Shown here piece after piece: positions 44,233 to 61,606 of a DNA stretch of 64,000 bases (positions are counted from its first letter, which is position 1; every line of letters starts with the position of its first letter). The stretch lies in NCBI RefSeq assembly GCF_009914755.1, contig NC_060938.1; one strand, written 5' to 3'. The notes beneath the pieces were generated by a model. It was given only the letters and a program-made list of their open reading frames with translations. It did not search any database and was not told the DNA's origin. The DNA is from the human T2T-CHM13v2.0 reference genome, Homo sapiens. A program made the translations under genes and the position numbers.

Positions 44233-44552
44233 TTCTTTCTTTTCTTTTCTTTTCTTTTTCGACAGGGTCTCACTCTGTCACCCAGGCTGGAGTGCAGTTG
44301 CGTGATCACAGCTTACTGCAGCCTCAACCTTCCGGGCTCATCTAGATGATCCTCCCACCTCGGACTCTCAAGTAGCCGGGACTACAGGCATGCACCACCA
44401 TGCCCAGCCAATTTTTTTGTATTTTTTGTGGAGATGAGGTTTTGTCATGTTGGCCAGGCTGGCCTTGAACTCCTGGACTCAGGCGATCTGTCTGCCTTGG
44501 CTCGGCCTCCCAAAGTGCTGAGATTACAGGCATGAGCCACCGTCCCTGGCCC
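44233..44552 (-). mobile_element. AluJ
   Basis: Antisense Alu dimer. Confidence 0.92.
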
Positions 44553-44631
44553 TTTTATTCTTATAATCTCACTTTTTAACTAAAAGAGAGCAGACTGGGC
44601 TCAGCATTTTTCAGCAGGCAGTAATACCCAG

Positions 44632-45052
44632 TATATTAGTTTGTTAAGTCTACCATAACAAAATACAACAGACTGGCTCGTTTAAACAACAAAAATTTAT
44701 TTTCTCTTGGCTCTGGAGGCTAGAAGTCTGAGATCAAGGTGTCAGCAGGTGCTTTCTGAGTCATCTCTCCTTGGCTTGCAGATGGCCGCCTTCTCTCTGT
44801 GTCCTCACAGGGTCTTTCCTCTGTGCACGTGCATGTCTAGCCTCTCTCTCCTCTCTCTCTCTTTCTCCCTCTCTGCCCTAATCTCCTTTTCCTATAAGGA
44901 AACCAGTCATACTGCATTAGGGCCCACCCACCCTATTTGAACATAATTACCTCTTTAAAGCCCCTACATCCAAATACGGTCACATTCTGAGGTTTGGGGC
45001 TTTGGGACTTCAACATATGAATTTTGAAGGAACATAATTCAGCCCATGACAC
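44632..45052 (-). mobile_element. MLT1A0-like solo LTR
   Basis: TATTAGTTTG...CCATAACAAAATACAACAGACTGG...GGCTTGCAGATGGCCGCCTTCTC...ATTCAGCCCATGACA. Confidence 0.85.
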
Positions 45053-45371
45053 CCAGCTGGAGTTTTAGGACATTGTCTTTCACTTGTTTTTGGAGGGGTA
45101 GATGTTGCTTTCTATTAATGCAAGCCATGCCAGATTTCCATTTATAATTTTGATGCAAATTTTTCATAAATATACATGTATTTAAATAGTAGGAAGCTTG
45201 ATTTAAAGTAAAACGTAAGAATTAACAGTATACCAAAAATTGTGAAGGGAGATGCAAATGGCTGAATTTGGGGAAACATTGCCTGGATGATTTATAAAGC
45301 CCGTCCCAATTCTTAGTTTCTTTCTTACACTATTTTAATTTTATTGCTTATGCATCCATTTAACTGAGTGC

Positions 45372-45732
45372 CTGCTATGGTTTGAATATGTCCCTCAAAG
45401 TTTCTGTGTTGGAAAATTAAATGTCATTGCAACAGTATTCAGAAGTGGGACCTTTAAGAGGTGATTAATGGATTAATGCCATTATGGAGGGAATAGGTTA
45501 GTTATCTCTGGAGTGAGTTCCTGATAAAAGGATGAGTTTGGCCTGATTTTCTCTATGTCTCCCATATTCACTCTTCCACCACATTATGATGAAGCAAGAA
45601 GGTCCTCACCAGATGCTGACATCATCTTTGTGGATTTCCCAACCTCCAAAACTGTAAGAAATACATTTCTTTTCTTTATAAATTACCTGGTCTGTGGTAT
45701 TCTGTTACAGCAACAGAAAATGGACAAAGAGG
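45372..45732 (+). mobile_element. MSTC-like solo LTR
   Basis: TGCTATGGTTTGAATATGTCCCTCAAAG...ATAAATTACCTGGTCTGTGGTATTCTGTTACAGCAACAGAAAATGGAC. Confidence 0.8.
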
Positions 45733-46314
45733 GTGCATACTAAGTTTCATGTTAGTGTTGGACATTAGAGTGATCATAGAGTCAAGTGAATAATACCATC
45801 AGACCAAAGAAAGAAATAATTCAATTCTGCCTGGGAGAATCAGAAAAGGCTTCCCAGAGGTGGTGACGAGCAGTGTATTTTGGACTTTTCAGCCACACAA
45901 AAACATGGTCTCCTCATTCTTAACTCAATATTTCCTGAATTTTGAATGTGTACAAAACACTGTGACGATGCACCAAGAAGACACTGTGACTTTAAGAGGA
46001 GAGAAGAGGCTAATTAGTAGCAGAGAAGACCAGACATAAAATTCATGACTTGCATGTAGGGTTGTACTTCTTCCAGAGATGATTTTAAACATGTTTGGTT
46101 TTTTTCCCCTTGATTAGGAACTTTACATTTTCCTAGAATCTAGTTGTCTGATGTGAAATACATATTGGAAAAATTCAGGCATAATTGTGAAAACATATTT
46201 CTTAATCAAATGTAACCACAGGAGGAAAAATATTTCATTGAATAAACTCCTCTGAGGAGAGAGAGTTTGTTTTTGGAGTAATTCATTAAATGTTTTAGCC
46301 ATCGGTCCCTGTCT

Positions 46315-46900
46315 TGGTCATTCAGCAAAGTACAAATATTTTTGGAGCTCCTACTAGACGCAGGAACTGTTCCAGATGCTGCAGATACTGTGGGGAGTAA
46401 GGCCAACAAGATTCTCTCTCCTGGGGCTTATACTCTGGCAGGGAAATTGACAATAAGCAAACAAATAGATGAGAGAGGATCAGATAGAAATAAGCACTCC
46501 AACTGAATGAAAATAAGGTGACGAGATAGGGATGATGGGAGAGCATGCCTTGGACTAGGGGAGTTGGGAAAACCTCTCTAAGAGGCTGATCTTAAGATGA
46601 GATCTAAGTGACAAGAAGCAGCCAGTGGGAAGAATATTACAGATCAGGGAAGAGTTGGACATGGGCCTCAAGGTAAGGAGGAGTATGTGAATTTCAGAAA
46701 CAGAAAGTGGGCCTGATTCTGCAGCCTGGTGGGCAGAGGAGACTGGCAGGAGGCAAGGTCAAGGTCAAGAAGGAAGGTCAGGGTGAGATCACGCCTAGAA
46801 CCTCGTAGGCCATGGAGAGGAACTGGGATTTGCTCAGGTGCGAGGAGAGCCACTGGAAGTTTCTGAACAGGAAATGGCATGATCTTGTTCAGCATAACAT
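46315..46900. mobile_element. L2 relic
   Basis: CATTCAGCAAA...GAGCTCCTACTAGACGCAGGAACTGTTCCAGATGCTGCAGATAC ... GAGCCACTGGAAGTTTCTGAACAG. Confidence 0.65.
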
Positions 46901-47063
46901 CTGCCTGTGTGAACACAGAGGCTAAAGAGTCCAACTGCCCAGCTCCAAAGCTTAACATCCCCACCTACCAGCAGCGAGACAACCTCTCCAAGTTCAATTT
47001 CTGTACCTTGGGGTCAAACCCAGCTCACAAGATGAGAGACAATGTTGTACAATTTCTCCACAG

Positions 47064-47760
47064 CAGGAGTTGTCAAATTTTTTTCTGTAAAGGATCTGTT
47101 GTGGGTTGAGTTGTAGCCCTCTAAAATTCTTATGTTGAAGTCCTAGCCCTCAGTACCTCAGAATATGACCTAATTTGGGAATAGGGTCAAGGTACATATA
47201 ACTTGTTAAAATGAGGTCATTCTGGAGTAAGGAGGGCCCCTAAGCCTATATGACTGGTGTCCTGATAAAAGGAGAAATTTGGACAGAGACAGCACACAGG
47301 GAAAACGTCATGTGAAGATGAAGGTAGAGGTCAGGGCCATACTTCTGTAAGCCAAGGAATGCCAAAGATTACCAGGAAACCACCAGCAGCTGGGACAGAG
47401 GCTTGACACAGGTTGTCCCTCACAGCCCTCAGAAGGAAGCAACCCTGTTGACACCTTGATCTTGGACTTCCAGCCTCCAGAACTGTGAGAAGATAAATTT
47501 CTGTTATTTAAGCCACTCAGTCTGTGAGACTTTGTTAGGACAGTCCTAGCAAACTAATGCAGTGCTTCCCTAGTAAATATTTTAGGCTTTGCAGGCCAGA
47601 TGATCTCTGTCATACTACTCAACTCTGCCATTTTAGCACAAAAGCAGATATAGATAATACAAACAAAGGAATGCAACTGTGTTCTAATAAAGCTATTTAT
47701 AAATATAGGCAGTGGGCAGGCTGGATTTGGCCTGTGGGTTGCAGTTTGATAACCCCTGTC
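47064..47760 (+). mobile_element. MER58A hAT MITE split by an MLT1 LTR
   Basis: CAGGAGTTGTCAAATTTTTTTCTGTAAAGG [LTR] TAGTAAATATTTTAGGCTTTGCAGGCC...GTTTGATAACCCCTG. Confidence 0.8.
47097..47561 (+). mobile_element. MLT1B/C-like solo LTR
   Basis: TGTTGTGGGTTGAGTTG...TATGTTGAAGTCCTAG...GGACTTCCAGCCTCCAGAACTGTGAG...CCTAGCAAACTAATGCA. Confidence 0.87.
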
Positions 47761-47869
47761 CTACAAAAATGTCTACCTCATTTTGCCCACCAAAGGCTGG
47801 GGCTGTTGGGTAAGTTCACTTTTTTTTTTTTTCGTGGAGACTTTGCCTCTGTTTGCAGTTTGGTAATAA

Positions 47870-48090
47870 TAGTAAGAACTAATATTTACAGAGTAATTAA
47901 TTTGTACCTGGCTCTATGGTAAGTGCTTTATGTGAATTTCCTTACTTAATACTCCCAACAACCTAATGGCATAGGAATTACTGTTTCCAACTCCATTTTA
48001 CAGATGAGCAAATTGAACACAAGTGAGTTAATTGAGTTGCCTAAAATCCCACAGCAGGATTCAACCCCAGCAGCCCCACCATTACTCTAG
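47870..48090. mobile_element. MIR relic
   Basis: TAAGTGCTTTATGTG...TTTAATACTCCCAACAACCT...CCATTTTACAGATGAG core. Confidence 0.7.
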
Positions 48091-49169
48091 CAAAACACAC
48101 ATAGAAGTGACTTTCCACTGCCTCCAAAAAAAAAACAACAACAAAAAAATCATTTTCTGGCTTTCTCTTTCCTCTCATACTCGTCTCCTAGCCTTTGGCA
48201 TTTTTTTCTTTTTCCAGCATAAAAGTGTGTTTAAGTCATTTCCCCTCCAATTAAAATGTGCAATCCTTTCCTCCCTAGGGAGCAGTCAGCTACTGCAGAT
48301 GATTTTGGAAAAATTGTTCATTTGTCTTATTTCTATATGTTGGAGCAATTATTCCTTTTTTCTTATGATCATTCTTTTAAAAACAATACCATAACTTTAA
48401 TAGTCCCGTCAGTATTGTTACTTTTGCACGGATGATGGGCTGATAGAGCCATATGAATAAACTGGTACATGGAAACTCTGAGGTTTGATAAGAGCAGTTG
48501 ATGAGCTGTGAACAGTGGTCAAGTGTTGCTGTTTCGTTTCTTCAGCCTCATTTATTCACCTGTTTCTCTTCATTCCTACTGGTGCCATCCTAGACCAGGC
48601 CTCTTTATTTCATGGCTGGATTGTTGCAAGTTTGTCCCTATGTCCCTGAGCTATTTTCTTTCTCATTTTTTCCTGTGTGCTATATCAGATTCATCTTCCT
48701 AAAATATCTCTTCAGTCATATCACTGTCCTTCTAGAGAACTTCTAATGGCTCCCCACTGCCTCCCAAATCAGGCTCCTCCATGGGACCCCCACCCTCACA
48801 AACATGGCCTTTTAGATTTATGTGAGTGAGTGTGGTATTTCTTTCAAGCCAAATGTGTTTTGAGTTGCAACAGAGCATCTCTGATTTGTGTAAAACATTT
48901 CTCATGCCAAAAATGTCAGCATCACCCATAAGAATTCATGAACTTAGAGAAGCAAACAAAATTAAGGGCATATAAAAGCAATCCATTCCACCAAATTCAC
49001 CAATCGGTTGTGATATGCGGCATCCACACGAACATCCTTCCTACCAGATGGCGAGAAAGAAAATTGAACCCAAAGTTCAATCCACACAAAGGAAATATTC
49101 CACCCAGTTAGAAGGCTGGCTATGTCCATGTGTGAGCCAAGAAATCACTGAATCCATTTTTGAAATATA

Positions 49170-50580
49170 TGTCCTATTAATCAGGATAACACAGCTGCCA
49201 TAACAAATAGGTCTCCAGATTTCAGCAGCTTGACATGTTAGTTTATTTCTTGCCCACATAGCAATGAATGGGTGTTCCAAGGCAGGCATTTTTGGTTGGT
49301 GGACAGCTTTCCTCCACGTGGTCGTTCAGGGTTCCGGCCCTCTTCCCTTTCTGGCTCCACAAGAAGAACTCATTGTTGTCAGTTTCATCTTCTGATGGAA
49401 GGGAAAAGGGTCTGTGTGGAGCAGGCACACCTGCTTCTTAACAAACCTATCCCGGAAATAATACCCATGACTGGGGCTTGATTCTATTGGCAAGAACAAT
49501 GGCACCTGGACATAAGGGGGTCTGGGAAATGAGTCCCTGGTTGGACAGCCACTTCTCAACAACAGCCTCATACTATGGGAGGGGGACTGCAGATTGAGGT
49601 GGACAGCTAGGTGTTCCAGCTATATAGACAGGCTGTTAATATCAAGTTCAATGGTAACTTGATCCTCAGACTAAATATAACTTGTCCAAGTTATGACAGG
49701 CAGGCAAAACCTGAAAAATAAAAACAAAGCTATTATTCCTAAAAATTACTTTTTATTACATGATTTTACCTGGTTAACTCCTATTCATTCTCCAGATCTC
49801 AGCCCAATCATGACATTCTCAGTGGAGCCTTTCCAGATATTTCTGCCTAAGCTGCATTTCTGTTTTCTATACACTTCTAGCCCCACAGACTCTCCATCTG
49901 TAACACAACATGGGTGCAGTTTTACATTTGTGTGTGTGATGATTACATGAAAGCCTGTCTCCCTCATTAGACTCTATGTTTCATGAGGGCAGGTATATAA
50001 ATTGTTTTTCTGACGACCTTATTCCCAATGTCTAGCACAGGAGCAGGCACACAGTAGGTTCTCACCACATAATTATTGATTGAATAAATTAAATAACATT
50101 TGTTCATTGTAGAAAAACGGAAATACAAATACACACACAAAAATGAACATTTAAAATCATCTATAAGCTCTTACATGGGTCAGCTATTGCTGAGCTAATG
50201 CTGTGTAACAAACGTCCCCCCAAATCTTGATGACGTGCAACAACAATGTTTATTTCTCACTCAGAGTTTTGTGAGTTGGCTGTGGTGGCTTGGCTTTGGG
50301 CTTCAGGTCTGGTCCAGACCTGACATAAATCTTTTGCCATGACCTAGGCTAAAAGATCAGTAACTACCTGGGGTGAATTCTTCTCATGGTGCTGGGCGGT
50401 AGTGCAAATGATCAAGCCAATCCACACACACAGTTAAAATCTCTATTTGGGTTTGGTGTATGTTTTCACTGTCCATATTCAATTGGCCAAAAGCAACATG
50501 GCCTTGGGAGACAAAAGAAGGACCAATGGAAAGGGGTGGAAGAAAACAGGGCAATCTATTGTGTTCCCATCCTGACTTAG
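49170..50580. mobile_element. Old MLT1 relics (~49170-49620, ~50180-50580) flanking an L2 fragment (~49760-50090)
   Basis: GCTGCCATAACAAA; GTCAGCTATTGCTGAGCTAATGCTGTGTAACAAAC; L2 end CATGAGGGCAGG...GGCACACAGTAGGTTCTCA. Confidence 0.55.
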
Positions 50581-52242
50581 TGCTCCATATGTTTAAATAT
50601 TGTGTGTGTGTCTGTATACATAGATATATTTTTAATGTTAATCATACTGTCTTCTAACCTTCTAAAGGCAGAATATTTAAAGGTAGAGAGATCCTGAGGA
50701 GGGGACACAACGGGGGGCATTGTCAATATATGAGCTCAAGTGTATACAGAGTATTTTATTAATTCCTGCAGTGACTTACAAAAAACAAACCTGCAAAAAA
50801 ATCTTTCAATCTAAACTGTGTTCGAACTATGCCCTGGCTTTATTTATAGCTCCTTTTAAAAAACAAATGAATCATGACTCATTAATAAGTGCAGCAGGAA
50901 TAACAAAACTGGGACTTACTTCTTGTGTTCAAATATTGCCATGGCTGAACAATTCTAGAAAACATACACGTATGCAAAAGCATTTCATCACTGCTCAGGC
51001 TGGTTCTGGTGCTTAACAATTCTCAGAGACTAGAAGTCCTTTCATCTCTCAGCACTTTAAGTCTTTTTCAGTAGACACAGAAAACAACAGGCCATCCCTT
51101 ATGAACATTTCCTTCGAATCACCTTTATGTACCTCATGAGTGACAGGAGCTGATTTCTCCTATAGACCAACAATAACCAAGTACTTAAAAGTCACTCTCT
51201 CTTGCTCTCTCTCTCTCTTTGCTCTCTCTCTGCAAGCTTTTGGTGTATTCAAATACAATTGATGCCTTAAATCCTGACTTATTAAATAAGAAGGGAGAGG
51301 TTTACTGTGATCTTATGTGGAAGCTGCTCAGATGTCAGGGTGAAATGTGAATGAGAAAATCAAGGAGAAAAGACATTTTAAGTGGCTCTTGGTGCATTCA
51401 TATTTGAAGGGGGAAAATGTACTTGTTCAAACATTTATGTTGCTGTATTTCCATTTCTACCAAAGGCAATAAATACAAGTAGATTCTTCCACCCTAAGAT
51501 GTCCTCACATTATTTTTGACATATTTTTTCTGTCTTGAACTAAAAAGAATTGAAATTGAAATAAAGCTGAAAAAATGAAATAAAAAGAATAACGTATTTC
51601 TAATTAAAATGAATACAAAACAAGACTCAAGGCTGAAACTGATGACTGGAACTAGAACTTAAGGATTTCAAGCAACCAAGAGCCATCCTGGGTGGTCCAG
51701 CCTCTCCCCCGTAGACATGTGCAGGACAGCACCTGGCCCCATGCTCGCCCTCAGTCCCTGCTCCATAAACTTTAGCCTCCTTCCCTCAGAGGAGGAACTG
51801 GGATTCGGGTGGCACAATTCTGTCTTGAGACATCAGCCAGCAAAATGATGTTGTAAAGCCAGTAAAACAATCACCCATCTTCCCAGACTCTCCTTAGGTC
51901 TATTTGCTTGGAATCTGGCATTTTCATTTTTCCTGCTTGACAAAGTTCCCCTCTCACCTTCTTTCCCAGGACTCTTCTGTTTCTGCTGCGCTTGCTTACC
52001 CCTTGCATTTGACCACCCACCCACGCAGGTAGCCTGGTTGTTTTGGGGATATGCCACCCAGTTAATCCAAAAAGCCAGCAGTTTTGAAAAAGAGGCCCCT
52101 CCTCCGGGGCCTTGACTCCTCTCTCACTGCTGCTAATTCCATTAACTGAGAAAAGGCAACACCTGGAAAACCAAGGCGGGGTGTGGTCAATATCAGAGCA
52201 CGCAGTGGGCTGGACAGGGGCTGGAAACCAGCTCTTAGAAAG

Positions 52243-52715
52243 TGGTATGGTTTGGATCTATGTCCCCACCCAAATCTCATGCTGAATTGTAATCTGCAGT
52301 GCTGGAGGTGGGGCCTGGTGGGAAGTGATTGGATCATGGGTGTGGTTTCTCATGGTTTAACACTCTCTCCCTTGGTGCTGTTGCAGTGATTGTGAGTTCT
52401 CATAAGATCTGGTTGTTTAAAAGTGTGTGGCACCAACTCTCCCTCTCTCTCTTCTTCCTGCTCTGGCCATGTGAAGTGCCAGCTCCTCCTTCACCTTCTG
52501 CCATGATTGTAAGTTTCCTGAGGCCACCTCAAAAGCCAAGCAGATACCGGCACCGGGTTTCCTATGCAGCCTGCGGAACTGTGAGCCAAATAAATGTCTT
52601 TTCTTTATAAATTACCGAGTCTCAGGGTATTTCTTTCTTTATATTAGGTTGGTACGGAAGTAGTTGCGGTTTTTGCCATCACTTTTAATAGAATTGTGAG
52701 AAGAGATTAATACAG
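52243..52715 (+). mobile_element. MSTB-like solo LTR
   Basis: TGGTATGGTTTGGATCTATGTCCCCACCCAAATCTCATGCTGAATTGTAATC...GATTAATACA. Confidence 0.88.
52644..52689. mobile_element. Half MADE1 (Hsmar1 MITE; one TIR plus spacer)
   Basis: TA + TTAGGTTGGTACGGAAGTAGTTGCGGTTTTTGCCATCACTTTTAAT. Confidence 0.8.
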
Positions 52716-53059
52716 AAATTGTGCCCTGTTTCTGCTTGAGCAGTGTTTTGTTTCTTTCTTTCTGCATAACACACCACCCCAACATTTAGCAGCTTAAAAC
52801 CATAACACTCATGTTTAGCTCTCTCCATTCTGGGGATTGACCAGGCAGCTCTTCTGCTGGTTGTGTTTATAATCTCTTATGTGTTTGTAGCCAGATGGCA
52901 GCTGGGTGTGGGGTCATCTGGGGGCTCAGCACTGAAACGCTGGGAGCCCCTCCTTCTCTATAGAGTGTTGAGTCCTCTCCTTCCTGCTAGGCCTCTCCAG
53001 CAGGATAGCTGGACTTTCTACCTGGCATTCAGGGTTCCCAAAAAGTAGAAAGGAGAACT

Positions 53060-53411
53060 GCCTGTAGGGTCTGAATGTTTGTGACCCAAACTTATTTTGA
53101 AACCTAATCCCCAATGTGACAGTACTAGGAGACATGGTCCTTGGCAGATGATTAGGGCTAAGTGCGGGACCCTCATGCATGTGATTAGTGTCTTTGTAAA
53201 AGAGGCCAGAGGGAGCTTCTCTGTAGTTTCCAGCATGTGAGGACACAGCAAGAAGGTGTCATCTAGGAACTGGAAAGCTCCCACCAGACACCAAATCTGC
53301 TGGTGCCTTGATCTTGGATACTGAACCCCCATAACTATGAGTGATACATTTCTATTGTTTAAAAGCCACCCAGTTCATAGCATTTTGTTGTAGCATCTGG
53401 AACTAAGACAC
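53060..53411 (+). mobile_element. MLT1A/MSTD-like LTR nested in an older MLT1 relic (~52750-53510)
   Basis: GGTCTGAATGTTTGTGACCC...GAAACCTAATCCCCAATGTG...CACCAGACACCAAATCTGCTGGTGCCTTGATCTTGG...AACTAAGACA. Confidence 0.75.
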
Positions 53412-53477
53412 TGCCAGACCCACTGAAGTCTCAGGCTCAGTGTCAGCAATGGTGCACTGCCACTTTCGCTTGGCTAA

Positions 53478-53813
<336 letters not shown>

Positions 53814-56004
53814 TAAACTCCACCTCTTGATGGAGCAGTGGGAAGAGAGAGACAGATTAATAATTTCTGGCCGTCTGATTTGGAAGGACTTGTTTTCGAT
53901 GCTCTTCTGCAGTGGATTTCACCTCGTCCTGGTCCTTTGTGCTTGAGCACATTTTTCTTGGGTTGCATTCTTATTCTTGGCTTTGGTATTCTTCTGTATG
54001 TCATGTCACTGAGTCCTTGGCCTGGTAACTGGCTTCACTGTTCCATGCTTTCAGTTCATTTGCTGCCATTTCTTTTCCTTGGACGATGGCACAACATGTG
54101 CATGGTGTGCATGTGTGTGCTTGCATGTCTATATGTGCACACATGTGTATGCATGTGTGTACATATGTATGTAGGTAGTCACTGGGGAACAAAACAAATG
54201 ATACAATAAATCAGGAAAGAAACGATTAGAGTGCTAGGCGACATTTAGTCTCATCTGACACTGAAAATTCTGGGACTGCAAGCAGTTTTCAGAGTTAATG
54301 TTTATTAGATCCAAAGAAAACATAAACAAAGTGAGAGATATTGGAGCATTTTTAGTCAGTAATTACTACGTCCTACTGGTTTCAGGGATTGCTTTGAGTG
54401 GAGAACATATTGCAAAAGGAAATTCCCATCTCACTACCCTTTTCTTCAAGCCTATTAAGCTAATGATTTTATTTTAACAATGCCTTTCCGCACAGCCAGT
54501 CTGCCTTGGGTATAGACTGCCAGGCATGGTTACTAGACACCCAGAGACTCAAGCAATTTTAGCAAATTCTATTTTTAAATTCTCTTGTATAGTCTCCAGG
54601 GCAGGGAGGTGGCTAACATCAGCTCCATAGATTCCAGAATCTTCTGCTCCCACTAGTCTGAGTCTTGATTTCCTTCAGGTGCCTCTGGAAGTTGCTGCCC
54701 AGGACTTCCATCTCTGAGAGCTGGATACCAAGGGGGAGCTGTCCTTCAAGGGGGGAAGAGGGCACTCCTAACCCGAGGTGGGACCCTCAGGGAGCTGCGC
54801 CAACGTGGGCAGAGTCCCGGGTGCTGACAAGTGGCCCTGCTTCTCTTTTCCTGGCAGCTGATGGGCTATTTGCCCCCATGCCCTTGCCAGCTCGGCTTGT
54901 GGCCACAGACACACGTGTGTCAGGTTTCTGAGTATAAAGGTTCCACCCGAGCCAGGTGAAGGCTGATGCCCTCGGGCAAAATTTCAAAGTAGTCGAGCTT
55001 ATTTATTGGTGGAATCATCTCCCTTTGGGGAGTCATTTTTCCTCTGAACCTTCTCTCCCAGCACCCCACTTGTTACTCTCAAACTCTCCACCTGGCCCAC
55101 CCTCACTTTCTAAGCCTTTCCTTTTAGTATGAGGTTGCACGGCTCTCAAATGCTCCCTGGTCCATTCCATTACAGCCCCCACCCCATTCCTCTTCCACCC
55201 TAAGGCTTTGCTTGCGATTCCTACTTCCATTTGAATCTGCAGCTGGGGTTCAAGGCAATGACAGGTGATTGGCATGTTAAACAGCTCCAGGGGCAGACAT
55301 AGAGGGTGAAAATTCCAAAGGGGTCAACCTGGGTGGGAAGGAAGGATGATCCCCCTCTGCTCCCCTACCTAGGACAGCCCACCTGGTAGCTACTAAGGAA
55401 ACAGTAACCATCATTCTAATGGAGGTAATTACCCCAATCAGCCCCATCTCAGCAAAATGTAGAGAGAAATTCCCCTTAGGAGGAAGCCAGATCTGTCTTC
55501 TCTCAGTCCCCTGGACTTACAATCAAGAAGAAATCATACAGATACATTCCTATAACTTATTTCTTACAGAATTTGAACTCTCCACTCTGCCTTGCTCCCA
55601 CCCACAAAGAAGGTGTCTGTCAGGGCAGCTGCTAGTCCAGAAGGTTATCTTTCTTCCAGCTAGAAGTGTGAGCTTTTCTTTTGGGCAGACTCAGCCCCAT
55701 GCCCAGGTGCACGATTGGATCTTAGTGCCCCCTCCTCCCCTGAAGTGTCTGTCCGCTTCCGAGAATATTCTCCCCAGCTGAAATCACACAGCTCCAGTCT
55801 GATTGTCATGTGGTTTAAATACAAGTTTATCATTTTTGTCTACATCAGATGTCATTTCAGAGAGGACTTGAAGCAATTTACAAAAATACACAACATCAAA
55901 TTGAAAAATTACACATAAGTAAAAATCAGATTCAAGGAAAATGTAAATAAAGTGATTTTTTTTTTTGAACAAGGGAAAGTCAGAATTCAGATATACAGTC
56001 TGGA

Positions 56005-56173
56005 GAAGTGGTTCTCAGCCACAATTGCATATTGGAATTACTCGGGGATTTTTTGAAATGGACATCTGGGTCCCAGCCCTCAGAGATTCTGACTTAGATG
56101 GGGTGTGGCCTGGGCATTGGGATTTTAAAAAGCTAAGTGATTCTAACTTGCAGCCAAGGATGAGAAACACTGG
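56005..56173. mobile_element. MER5A-like MITE
   Basis: AGTGGTTCTCAGCC...GCATATTGGAATTAC...CAGAGATTCTGACTTA...GTGATTCTAACTTGCAGCCAAGGATGAGAAACACTG. Confidence 0.75.
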
Positions 56174-56759
56174 CCTAAGTGGAGCCTGCTGTTATTACAA
56201 TGAAAATACAGATTTAATTGTGAACTTCCCAGCAGGGAAAGCAAAAAGGGAAACGTGGTCAGTTTCATAATACACATTGTCCCAAAGATGGGAAAACTTT
56301 CTCTTCCTCTGAAATCTACAGGAAATCCCTGAAACATTTTCTGGACAGTTGTGTGTGCATGCACATATTTCTTGGGTCATTTATATGCATTTGTATATCC
56401 CTTTTTATGTAAATGGACTCATACTATATTTGCTCTTCTGCAACTTCCTTTTTCCTCTTTTTAAAAAAATTATACTTTTAAGTTCTGGGATACCTGTGCA
56501 GAACGTGCAGGTTTGTTACATAGGTATACACGTGCCATGGTGGTTTGCTGTGCCCATCAACCCATCATCTACATTAGGTATTTCTCCTAATGCTATCCCT
56601 TCCCTAGCCACCCACCCCTCAACAGGCCCCCATGTGTGATGTTCCCCTCCCTGTATCCATGTGTTCTCATTGTTCAACTCCCACTTATGAGTGAGAACAT
56701 GCGGTGTTTGGTTTTCTGTTTGTGTGTTAGTTTCTGAGAATCATCCATGTCCCTGCAAA

Positions 56760-60520
<3,761 letters not shown>

Positions 60521-60589
60521 GATGCTAACTGGTTATTTTGCCCGTTAGTTGATGCAGTTTCTTCATAATATCAAGGGTCTTTACAATTT

Positions 60590-61606
60590 GGTATGTTTTT
60601 GCAGTGGCTGGTACTGGTTTTTCCTTTCCATATTTAGTGCTTTCTTCAGGAGCTCTTGTAAGACAGTCCTGGTGGTGACAAAATCTCTCAGCATTTGCTT
60701 GTCTGTAAAGGATTTTATTTCTCCTTAGCTTATAAAGCTTAGTTTGGCTGGATATGAAATTCTGGGTTAAAAATTCTGTTCTTTAAGAACGTTGAATATT
60801 GATCCCCACTCTCTTCTGGCTTGTAGGATTTCTACACAAAGATCTGCTGTTAGTCTGATGGGCTTCCTTTTGTGGGTAACCTGACCTTTTTCTCCAGCTG
60901 CCCTTAACATTTTTTCCTTCATTTCAACCTTGGTGAATCTTACGATTATGTGTCTTGGGGTTGCTCTTCTCGAGGAGTATCTTTGTGGTGTTCTCTGTAT
61001 TTCCTGAATTTGAATGTTGGCCTGTCTTGCTAGGTTGGGAAAGTTCTCTTGGATAATATCCTGAAGAGTGTTTTCTAACTTGGTTCCATTCTCCCCATCA
61101 CTTTCAGGTACACCAATCCAACATGGGTTTGGTCTTTTCACATAGTCCCATGTTTCTTGGAGGGTTTGTTTGTTCCTTTTCATTCTTTTTTCTCTAATCT
61201 TGTCTTCACACTTTATTTCATTAAGTTGATCTTCAATCTCTGATATCCTTTCTTCCACTTGATCAATTTGGCTATTGATACTTGTGTATGCTTCATGAAG
61301 TTCTTGTGCTGTGTTTTTCAGCTCCATCAGGTCATTTATGTTCTTCTCTAAACTGGTTATTCCAGTTAGCAATTTCTCTAACCTTTTTTCAAGGTTCTTA
61401 GCTTCCTTGCATTGGGTTAGAACAGGCTCCTTTAGCTCAGAGGAGCTTGTTATTACCCACCTTCTGAAGACTACTTCTGTCAATTCATCAAACTCATTCT
61501 CCGTCCAGTTTTGTTCCCTTGCTGGCAAGGAGTTGTGATCCTTTGGAGGAGAAGAGGCATTCTGGTTTTTGGAATTTTCAGCGTTTTTGCACTAGTTTTT
61601 CCTCAT
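60590..61606 (-). pseudogene. L1 ORF1p pseudogene
   Basis: ATG at 61606 followed by TAG at codon 5; open stretch 61528-60767 encodes coiled-coil/RRM (WDYVKRPN, ENFPNLARQ, TPRHIIVRF) and ends at a premature TAA. Confidence 0.9.

Noticed and set aside
60767-61528. 253-aa ORF as a functional protein
   Set aside because: Internal part of L1 ORF1p between a codon-5 stop and a premature C-terminal stop
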